From NCBI GenBank assembly GCA_963752195.1, contig CAVVXI010000004.1, positions 261,641 to 325,640 on the forward strand: 64,000 nucleotides of DNA, in the 5' to 3' direction. The notes below the pieces were generated by a model. The model ran no database searches. It had not been told where the DNA came from and saw nothing but the letters and a program-made list of their open reading frames with translations. Of this stretch, positions 56,807 to 64,000 are shown piece by piece (position 1 is the first letter of the stretch; each line of letters starts with the position of its first letter). Source of the stretch: an uncultured Bacteroidales bacterium (lineage in GTDB: Bacteria; Bacteroidota; Bacteroidia; Bacteroidales; UBA10428). Both the position numbers and the translations under genes were made by a program.

Positions 56807-59407
56807 ATGGTTATGAATCTGGAAAATTTCACTACAAGATCCCAGGAGGCTCTTCAGCAGGCATTTACGCTTGCCCGTGACAGTCAGCACCAGGCCGTGG
56901 AGACAGGACATCTCTTAAAAGCCCTGCTGACTTCAGGGGATGGGATTACAGAACAGTTGCTTAATAAGGCGGGTGTTCAAACCCCTGTTATTTCGGATAG
57001 GCTTGACCGGATAATTAATTCCTATCCAAAGGTTACGGGGGGTGAGCAATATGTATCAAACGGAACAAACAGGGCCCTTCAAAAAGCCCTCGACAGCTCA
57101 AAGGGAATGAAGGACCAGTATGTTTCAGTGGAGCATCTGTTAATCGGACTGATAAATTCAGGGGATAATATAAGTCAATTGTTGAAGGATTCCGGGTTAA
57201 ATGAAAAAGAATTAACATCATCGATTATGGACTATAGAAACGGAAAAAAGGCCGATACACAATCCGCTGAAGATACCTACAACTCGTTGAACCGGTTTGC
57301 CATTAACCTGAATGAGCAGGCCCGGAACGGTAAGCTTGATCCTGTAATTGGCAGGGACGAGGAGATCAGGCGGGTTTTGCAAATTCTTTCCAGGCGAACA
57401 AAAAATAACCCATTGTTAATAGGTGAACCCGGAGTAGGTAAAACGGCCATTGCCGAAGGCCTCGCCCACAGGATCATTTCAGGTGACGTTCCTGAGAATC
57501 TGAAATCCAGACTTATTTTCTCCCTTGACATGGGTGCATTGATTGCCGGGGCAAAATACAAAGGCGAATTCGAGGAAAGGCTCAAGGCTGTCATCAAAGA
57601 GGTAATTGATGCTGCCGGTGAGATCATCCTTTTTATTGATGAAATCCATACATTGGTTGGGGCCGGGCAGAGTGAAGGGGCCATGGATGCTGCCAATATT
57701 CTCAAACCTGCCCTGGCAAGGGGAGAATTGCGTGCAATCGGCGCAACCACCCTGGGAGAATACCAGAAGTATTTTGAAAAGGATAAAGCGCTGGAACGCA
57801 GATTCCAGGTGGTAATGATAAATGAGCCCGATACGGCCAGTGCCATTTCTATTTTACGAGGTCTTCGGGAACGTTATGAAAACCATCACAAGGTGAGAAT
57901 ACGCGATGAAGCCATTGTGGCATCCGTTGAACTTTCGCAGCGTTATATTACCGGCAGATTCCTTCCCGATAAGGCTATTGACCTGATTGACGAAGCCGCC
58001 TCGGGACTCAGGCTGGAAATGAATTCGGTACCCCAGGAAATTGACAACCTGGAAAGAAAGATCCAGCAGTTTGAGATTGAAAGAGAGGCTTTGAAACGTG
58101 AGAATGACCATGTAAAGGTGGCTGTTCTGAGCAAGGAGATTGGCAGTCTGAATGAAGAAAGAACCAAACTGAGAGCCAAATGGCAATCAGAAAAGAAACT
58201 GGTTGAAGATATTCAATCCGACAAACAAAAGATAGAGGACCTGAAGTTTGAAGCCGACCAGGCAGAGCGGATGGGGGATTATGGCAAGGTTGCCGAAATT
58301 CGGTATGGAAGAATCCGTGAAGCTGAAAAAAGAATCGAGGATCAAAAGGAAAAGCTGGCCGAAATGCAGCAAAATTCTGCCATGATAAATGAGGAAGTTA
58401 CGGCAGAAGATATTGCCGTCATTGTATCAAAATGGACAGGTATACCCGTGAGCAGGATGATACAGGCTGAGCGTGATAAATTGATGAACCTTGAAAAGGA
58501 ACTTCATAAACGCGTCATTGGTCAGGATGAAGCCATTGCCGCCGTTTCAGATGCGGTACGCAGAAGCCGGGCCGGTTTGCAGGACCCCCGCAGGCCAATA
58601 GGTTCCTTCCTCTTCCTCGGTACTACAGGAGTAGGAAAGACTGAACTTGCGAAAGCTCTGGCAGAATTGCTGTTCAATGACGAAAACTACTTGACCCGGA
58701 TTGATATGTCGGAATACCAGGAGAGACACACGGTCTCACGCCTGGTGGGGGCTCCTCCCGGGTATGTGGGGTATGAGGAAGGAGGCCAGCTGACAGAGGC
58801 AGTGAGAATGAAACCCTATTCTGTAATTCTTCTCGATGAAATTGAAAAAGCGCATCCGGATGTATTTAACATCTTATTACAGGTACTTGATGATGGACGT
58901 TTAACGGATAATAAGGGTCGTGTTGTTAATTTCAAAAACACGCTTATTATCATGACTTCCAATATAGGCTCGTCCATACTTCAGGAGAATCTTCTGAATC
59001 TGAATATCGCTAACCGGGAAAGTGTACTCGAAAAAACCCGGAGCGAGGTTTTTGAAATGGTCAAAAGAACATTCAGACCCGAATTTCTGAACAGAATCGA
59101 TGAATTAATCATGTTTACGCCGCTTTCGGTTAAAGAAATTAGGGAAATTGTGAGATTGCAGTTAAATATTGTCATACGTCAACTCGAGGGAATTGATATA
59201 AAGCTTCAGATTACAGATGCAGCGATTGATTTGATAGCCGAACAGGGCTTTGATCCTCAATATGGTGCCCGGCCGATTAAAAGACTTGTTCAGAAGGTGG
59301 TTCTGAATGAATTGTCGAGGCAGATCCTTGAAGGAAAAATTAAGAAGGACCAGGAAGTGCTGGTAGACAGGGACAAAGATGGTATTACGATATCGGCTTT
59401 GTCCTAA
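56807..59407 (+). CDS. clpB: ATP-dependent chaperone ClpB
   Basis: 866 aa. Clp N domain, two AAA+ modules ([18 protein letters not shown]), a long M-domain coiled coil, and the sensor motif GARP. The true start may be the ATG at 56813 (MNLENFT). Confidence 0.96.
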   Translation: MVMNLENFTTRSQEALQQAFTLARDSQHQAVETGHLLKALLTSGDGITEQLLNKAGVQTPVISDRLDRIINSYPKVTGGEQYVSNGTNRALQKALDSSKGMKDQYVSVEHLLIGLINSGDNISQLLKDSGLNEKELTSSIMDYRNGKKADTQSAEDTYNSLNRFAINLNEQARNGKLDPVIGRDEEIRRVLQILSRRTKNNPLLIGEPGVGKTAIAEGLAHRIISGDVPENLKSRLIFSLDMGALIAGAKYKGEFEERLKAVIKEVIDAAGEIILFIDEIHTLVGAGQSEGAMDAANILKPALARGELRAIGATTLGEYQKYFEKDKALERRFQVVMINEPDTASAISILRGLRERYENHHKVRIRDEAIVASVELSQRYITGRFLPDKAIDLIDEAASGLRLEMNSVPQEIDNLERKIQQFEIEREALKRENDHVKVAVLSKEIGSLNEERTKLRAKWQSEKKLVEDIQSDKQKIEDLKFEADQAERMGDYGKVAEIRYGRIREAEKRIEDQKEKLAEMQQNSAMINEEVTAEDIAVIVSKWTGIPVSRMIQAERDKLMNLEKELHKRVIGQDEAIAAVSDAVRRSRAGLQDPRRPIGSFLFLGTTGVGKTELAKALAELLFNDENYLTRIDMSEYQERHTVSRLVGAPPGYVGYEEGGQLTEAVRMKPYSVILLDEIEKAHPDVFNILLQVLDDGRLTDNKGRVVNFKNTLIIMTSNIGSSILQENLLNLNIANRESVLEKTRSEVFEMVKRTFRPEFLNRIDELIMFTPLSVKEIREIVRLQLNIVIRQLEGIDIKLQITDAAIDLIAEQGFDPQYGARPIKRLVQKVVLNELSRQILEGKIKKDQEVLVDRDKDGITISALS

Positions 59408-59751
59408 CTTGCTTTCGTAAAACTCTCCAGGCACTCGTCAAGAGTAGGGTAGAGTTTAAAGACATTGTGCAGTTGAAGCAATTTGAAAAGCTCCATTACT
59501 TCAGGCCCGATATTGCACAGCCTGAACTGTCCCTTATTGTTGGCTGCGGTTTTCAGAATGGACAGGAATACACCAAAGCCGGAACTGTCAATATATTTAA
59601 TTCCTTCGAGGTTCAATATCATACGGGTACCGGGAGAATTGAAAAAGCTTTTCAGATCCTCCTTAACAGGTTCGGTGATCAATGCATTAAACCGATCTAT
59701 GTTATCAAATCGAACAACAGATATGTTATTAATTTTCTCAGTTTTAAGCAT
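59404..59751 (-). CDS. STAS domain protein (anti-sigma-factor antagonist-like)
   Basis: 115 aa. SpoIIAA-like with IDSSGFGVFL. Its stop overlaps the clpB stop by 4 nt (convergent). Confidence 0.8.
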   Translation of the reverse strand: MLKTEKINNISVVRFDNIDRFNALITEPVKEDLKSFFNSPGTRMILNLEGIKYIDSSGFGVFLSILKTAANNKGQFRLCNIGPEVMELFKLLQLHNVFKLYPTLDECLESFTKAS

Positions 59752-59762
59752 ATAATTTGATA

Positions 59763-60116
59763 TTAAAAGTATAGTTCGATATTTGCACTAACCACTTCCA
59801 GTTCCTGCAAGGCAACTGTTGTTACTTTTTTGAATTTCTCAACAATAGCGGCGTAGCTTTCAGGCTTTTTACCATCCCTGGCAAGATTCTCCAGGTCCTT
59901 TAATTTGGATGCCAATTCCTGAAGGCCCATAATGGAAACAGAGGATTTTGCCTTATGCGCCAGTTTTCCCAGTGCTTCATAATCATGGGCGGCCAAATGC
60001 TTATCCATTTCAATTGAAAATTCGGAAACCTGATCCTTGAATATTTCAATCATTTCCAGGACCAGTTCCTTATTTCCGCCTGACATTTCTTTCAGGTATG
60101 ATAAATCAGTATTCAT
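59763..60116 (-). CDS. Hpt (histidine phosphotransfer) domain protein
   Basis: 117 aa from the ATG at 60116 (MNTDLSYLKEM...). Hpt motif LAHKAKSSVSIMG. Confidence 0.75.
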   Translation of the reverse strand: MNTDLSYLKEMSGGNKELVLEMIEIFKDQVSEFSIEMDKHLAAHDYEALGKLAHKAKSSVSIMGLQELASKLKDLENLARDGKKPESYAAIVEKFKKVTTVALQELEVVSANIELYF

Positions 60117-60273
60117 TAATACGTAAAATTGACTTTCATGAAAGCAATGGAATTTTTTATAAATATATATCAATTTTTGCTGATTTAAGCCTTTCGATTG
60201 TCAGTTATTTTAAACCACTGAACAGGAATAGCTGTATATGGTAAAAATCATATTTCACTGATGATATTTTTTT

Positions 60274-60281
60274 TATTTTTG
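60274..60281 (+). promoter_or_regulatory. Candidate -7 promoter box TATTTTTG for gcvT
   Basis: TAnnTTTG match 24 nt upstream of the ATG. Confidence 0.3.
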
Positions 60282-60304
60282 AATACTACGTGAATATATG
60301 AACA

Positions 60305-61540
60305 ATGAAAAAAACAGCTTTTAATATCCGGCATCATCAAATGGGTGCCAGAATGGTGGAATTTGCAGGTTATGAGATGCCTATCGAATATGCTGGTATA
60401 AACACAGAACATATGGCTGTAAGGAATGCTGTCGGATTGTTCGATGTATCACATATGGGTGAGATATGGGTGAAAGGTCCAAAAGCCCTTGAATTGCTGA
60501 ATTATGTATTATCCAATGATCCACGGATTCTTATTCCGGGAAAAGCCCAATATTCCTGTTTCCCCAATGGTAAGGGCGGAATAGTAGACGACCTGATTGT
60601 TCATAAGTTCTCAAAGGAACTGTTTCTGCTGGTTGTCAATGCCTCAAATGTAGAAAAGGATTGGCTCTGGCTGAATGATAATAACAAGGCAGGAGCTGAA
60701 CTGGAAAATGCATCGGACCGTTATTCACAACTTGCAGTACAGGGGCCAAAGGCTACGCTCTTATTGCAGGAACTTACCAGGTTTGACCTCAGTGCTATGC
60801 GGCCTTTTACTTTTGTGGAAGGCGAGATTGCCGGACTGCATAATGTGATCATTGCTTCTACCGGCTATACCGGATCAGGGGGATTTGAATTATACCTCGA
60901 CCATTCCGATCCGCTTCCTTTATGGGATAACATTATGGAAACAGGAAGAAAATATGGCATCATGCCTGTCGGACTTGCAGCCCGGGATACATTGCGGCTC
61001 GAGATGGGTTACAGCCTTTATGGAAATGACATTGACGGCACTACCTCACCCATTGAGGCTGGTTTGGGCTGGATTACCAGGTTTTCGGATGACCGCGATT
61101 TTATTGATAAAAACATATTGCTTGCCCAAAAGCAAAACGGTGTAAGCCGTATGATGACAGGTTTTGAAATGATTGACAGGGGAATACCCCGTCACAGTTA
61201 TTCCTTGTTTAACAACAGGCATGTAAATATTGGGGAAGTAACTTCCGGCACAATGTCACCCTGTTTGAAAACGGGGATTGGTATGGCGTATGTTCAGCCT
61301 GAATATGCACAGCCCGGAAAGGAAATATTTGTCAGTATACGCGACAAAATGCTGAAGGCCCGTATCGTTAAAATGCCGTTCTACACTCCTTCAGAACGTG
61401 TCAGTAGGGACAGGTCGCGACCTTCCCTACATACGGTCGCGACCTGTCCCTACATATTCACCACGGATCTGCATTTACCAGGTCCGATTCAATATGACCG
61501 TCAAGCAGTCGTATTATCCTGTGGGCATGGCGTGCAATAG
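60305..61540 (+). CDS. gcvT: Glycine cleavage system aminomethyltransferase T, with an apparent ~50-aa C-terminal read-through extension
   Basis: GcvT-like from [29 protein letters not shown] to ...[10 protein letters not shown] (aa 360). The remaining 51 aa are encoded by an inverted repeat and by the antisense of the convergent ABC gene. Confidence 0.88.
   Translation: MKKTAFNIRHHQMGARMVEFAGYEMPIEYAGINTEHMAVRNAVGLFDVSHMGEIWVKGPKALELLNYVLSNDPRILIPGKAQYSCFPNGKGGIVDDLIVHKFSKELFLLVVNASNVEKDWLWLNDNNKAGAELENASDRYSQLAVQGPKATLLLQELTRFDLSAMRPFTFVEGEIAGLHNVIIASTGYTGSGGFELYLDHSDPLPLWDNIMETGRKYGIMPVGLAARDTLRLEMGYSLYGNDIDGTTSPIEAGLGWITRFSDDRDFIDKNILLAQKQNGVSRMMTGFEMIDRGIPRHSYSLFNNRHVNIGEVTSGTMSPCLKTGIGMAYVQPEYAQPGKEIFVSIRDKMLKARIVKMPFYTPSERVSRDRSRPSLHTVATCPYIFTTDLHLPGPIQYDRQAVVLSCGHGVQ
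61404..61453. repeat. Perfect 19-bp inverted repeat GTAGGGACAGGTCGCGACC / GGTCGCGACCTGTCCCTAC, 12-nt loop
   Basis: Read directly. Located between the conserved end of gcvT (61384) and the stop of the convergent ABC ATPase gene (61458). Confidence 0.95.
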
Positions 61541-62153
61541 TCTCTTCATGTGTGACCAGGATAATCGTATTTCCTTTTACATGAATATCATGAAAAAGAT
61601 CCATAATGTCAATTGATGTTTTGGAGTCAAGATTACCTGTCGGTTCATCTGCCAGGATGATAGCCGGATTATTAACCAATGCCCTGGCGACAGACACACG
61701 TTGCCTCTGGCCTCCTGAAAGTTCGTTCGGTTTATGTGTCATCCGGTCCGCCAGTCCCACACTTTCAAGGGCAGTTTTCGCCCTGGCAATTCGTTCCTGT
61801 TTGGATACTCCTGCATAAACCAGGGGAAGCATAACATTTTCAAGGGCTGAATACCGTGGCAAAAGGTTGAAGGTTTGAAAAACAAATCCAATTTCACGGT
61901 TCCTGATCTCCGCGAGTTGATTATCCACCAGGCTGCTTGCATCCTGACCATTCAATATGTAAACGCCGGAAGTTGGTGTGTCGAGACAGCCGATAATGTT
62001 CATCAGCGTCGACTTCCCCGAACCCGAGGGGCCCATGATCGCAACATACTCATTTTTATTGATATCCACTGAGACCGATCGTAGCGCATTAACAACCTCT
62101 GTACCGGGGTAATAATTTTTGATGATGGATTTAAGATGGATAATTTTATTCAT
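61458..62153 (-). CDS. ABC transporter ATP-binding protein (MacB/LolD/FtsE-like)
   Basis: 231 aa. [35 protein letters not shown]. Confidence 0.9.
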   Translation of the reverse strand: MNKIIHLKSIIKNYYPGTEVVNALRSVSVDINKNEYVAIMGPSGSGKSTLMNIIGCLDTPTSGVYILNGQDASSLVDNQLAEIRNREIGFVFQTFNLLPRYSALENVMLPLVYAGVSKQERIARAKTALESVGLADRMTHKPNELSGGQRQRVSVARALVNNPAIILADEPTGNLDSKTSIDIMDLFHDIHVKGNTIILVTHEETIARHAHRIIRLLDGHIESDLVNADPW

Positions 62154-62196
62154 GGGAATTCAATTGAACCTTAAAATTAACATTAATAACCGATTG

Positions 62197-62973
62197 CTAA
62201 TAATTGATCCGGAATATTTGTCCGGGGGATTCCACGTTGGTAAAATAAATACCCATATGGAACAAATCAACAATTATGCCCTGTCTGGCATGTGACCGGA
62301 TCTTTTTCCAGGCAGCTCTCATGTCATGAGACCAGTTGATATCATCAAAAATGAGAATTGGATTTTTACCGGTTCCCGTAAAGGCCGTATAATATCTCCA
62401 TGTAGCCTCTGCAGTGTGGTTGCCGTCAATATACACAAGATCACCGGGCATAATGTAGTTGGCAAGCCGGGGCAGTACATCATCAAATGAACTGTTAATT
62501 ACCGTAATATTTTTTATGCGGTTTATCCTGAAATTCTGTGATGCCACTTCGGCCAGACGGGGGTTTCCCTCCACGGTAATGATCTCGGACCGGGGATTTC
62601 CCATTGCAAGGTATTGTGTGCTTATGCCCGCGGCTGTACCGAGTTCAATGATATGCGCCGGGTTATAGTGGCCTGCCATCCGGTATAATAATCTGCCTTT
62701 CCGCTCATTGACAGAAGCAATCCGGGTAACCTCACCCACGGTTCTGCTTATGCGTTTTTTTTTACTTCCCGCTCCAAAATCCACAGAAGGTAAAAGGGTA
62801 ATATCCCTTAAAAGAACAGATCTTCTTTCTTCAATCCTTTCATAATCTGCACTTGTTTTGGTATCATTAACCACATGAATCCGAAAACCATTCATAAACT
62901 CACCGGCACCCTTCCGATAGAAGGTCTTTACCCGGTGAAAAATCAAATGGATCAGATAGAACAGCGAATTCAT
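62197..62973 (-). CDS. Class I SAM-dependent methyltransferase (O-methyltransferase-like)
   Basis: Motif I IIELGTAAGIST, post-I VEGNP, DLVYIDGNH. Start set at the ATG at 62973 (MNSLFYLIHL) because the track start 63153 would overlap the recG start region. Confidence 0.75.
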   Translation of the reverse strand: MNSLFYLIHLIFHRVKTFYRKGAGEFMNGFRIHVVNDTKTSADYERIEERRSVLLRDITLLPSVDFGAGSKKKRISRTVGEVTRIASVNERKGRLLYRMAGHYNPAHIIELGTAAGISTQYLAMGNPRSEIITVEGNPRLAEVASQNFRINRIKNITVINSSFDDVLPRLANYIMPGDLVYIDGNHTAEATWRYYTAFTGTGKNPILIFDDINWSHDMRAAWKKIRSHARQGIIVDLFHMGIYFTNVESPGQIFRINY

Positions 62974-63067
62974 GGATGCAAAATTAATCCGTATTCTCTT
63001 TGTGTGTGTAAATCTTTTTGGCAATCTTGAGTAAACTTTTGCGATATTTACGCATCTCCTTAACGTC

Positions 63068-64000
63068 ATGAGCGATATACTGGACACGGAAATAAAGTAT
63101 CTGAAAGGGGTTGGACCCAAACGGGCAGAAATGTTTGCAAAAGAATTGGGCATTTTAACCTTCCGGGATATCCTGTATTATTTTCCGTTTAAATATATTG
63201 ACCGGTCAAGGATATACAAGATAAACGAGATAGATACCACCCAGACTTTTATTCAGGTAAAAGGAAGGATATCCCGTTTCAGGATGGAAGGCCAGCGTAA
63301 TAAACAACGTCTTGTAGGCATTTTTACAGATGGGACCGGAATTCTGGAGATGGTCTGGTTCAAGGGGGTCCAATGGGTAATGAGTAATTATCAGTTGAAC
63401 ACCGAATATATTGCTTTTGGTCGTCCCACCCTTTTTAATAATAAACTGTCCATAGCCCATCCTGAACTTGAAACAACTGACAAGGAGGACAATCCACTGA
63501 ATTCTCCCCTGCAGCCACAGTATAGTCTTACCGAAAAACTAAGGAACAGTTTTATTACTTCCAGGACGATTCACCGGATGAATGGTCAGATCTTGTCGCA
63601 ACTGAATACGATTCCCGAAACGCTTTCCGAAGCCCTCATTTCAAGAAAGCGACTAATGAGTTTGTTTGAATCAATCCGTAATATTCACTTTCCTGAAAGC
63701 AACGATAAACTGAACAAGGCCACTTACAGGCTGAAATTCGAGGAGCTTTTTTATATACAGCTGAATATTCTGGGTCAGAAGAACAAGCGGCAGATCCTTT
63801 CGCATGGTATTGTCTTTTCGAAGGTGGGGGATAAGCTGAATAATTTCTATAAAAACAGGCTTCAATTCGAGCTTACGGGAGCGCAAAAAAGGGTGATCAG
63901 GGAGATAAGGAAGGACATGGGTTCTGGAAGGCAAATGAACCGGTTACTGCAAGGAGACGTCGGCAGCGGAAAGACGCTGGTGGCGCTGATGTCCATGCTT
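63068..64000 (+). CDS. recG: ATP-dependent DNA helicase RecG (N-terminal part; runs off the window end)
   Basis: Absent from the ORF track (no stop in the window). MSDILDTEIKYLKGVGPKRAEMFAKELGILTFRDILYYFPFKY..., wedge domain, then LTGAQKRVIREI and helicase motif I LLQGDVGSGKT. Confidence 0.92.
   Translation, partial: MSDILDTEIKYLKGVGPKRAEMFAKELGILTFRDILYYFPFKYIDRSRIYKINEIDTTQTFIQVKGRISRFRMEGQRNKQRLVGIFTDGTGILEMVWFKGVQWVMSNYQLNTEYIAFGRPTLFNNKLSIAHPELETTDKEDNPLNSPLQPQYSLTEKLRNSFITSRTIHRMNGQILSQLNTIPETLSEALISRKRLMSLFESIRNIHFPESNDKLNKATYRLKFEELFYIQLNILGQKNKRQILSHGIVFSKVGDKLNNFYKNRLQFELTGAQKRVIREIRKDMGSGRQMNRLLQGDVGSGKTLVALMSML

Noticed and set aside
63206-63934. Minus-strand ORFs 63206-63460 and 63671-63934.
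   Set aside because: They are antisense shadows of the edge-truncated recG gene.

Overview
The window looks like a chromosomal segment of a Bacteroidota genome. The basis is two SusC/SusD pairs, TAnnTTTG-type -7 boxes upstream of many genes, and the rfbACD/ugd, cysDN, speA, guaA, rpsA, clpB, gcvT and recG housekeeping set. Nearly all long ORFs are ordinary and were assigned from motifs read by eye, since no database search was possible. Two genes are missing from the ORF track because they run off the window edges: a fused membrane/spermidine-synthase-like gene (1-1996, minus) and recG (63068-64000, plus). A 57-aa lipoprotein gene (18803-18976, minus) falls below the track size cut-off. No rRNA, tRNA, CRISPR array, transposase or integrase was found. 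Two things stand out. (1) Short-period tandem repeats and palindromes occupy several intergenic regions between housekeeping genes: GGGAC-core heptads, TACCGAA heptads, CTGCAAAA octamers, 9-, 10- and 16-nt units, and a 19-bp perfect inverted repeat. Five G3-tract arrays lie on the mRNA-sense strand at or within a few nt of a stop codon, including a 32-unit (AGGGACG)n array with G-quadruplex-type spacing. Some elements encode C-terminal tails (histidine kinase, ADH) or apparently a ~50-aa read-through extension (gcvT). (2) A small, apparently AT-richer minus-strand island at 21.7-25.0 kb encodes an atypical REC-PAS-class III adenylate cyclase. An unassignable 321-aa alpha/beta protein starts 8 nt downstream, followed by a phage-like repeat/HTH gene. 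Secondary points: partner-switch parts (SiaB-like kinase plus DUF1987, two STAS proteins, an Hpt-STAS pair); a 1031-aa multidomain ABC protein; a histidine kinase whose ATG abuts the speA stop; a frameshifted NlpC/P60 gene; and an enzyme-less SusCD locus with a Calx-beta-like lipoprotein. All functional interpretations of the repeats and of the cyclase partner are hypotheses.
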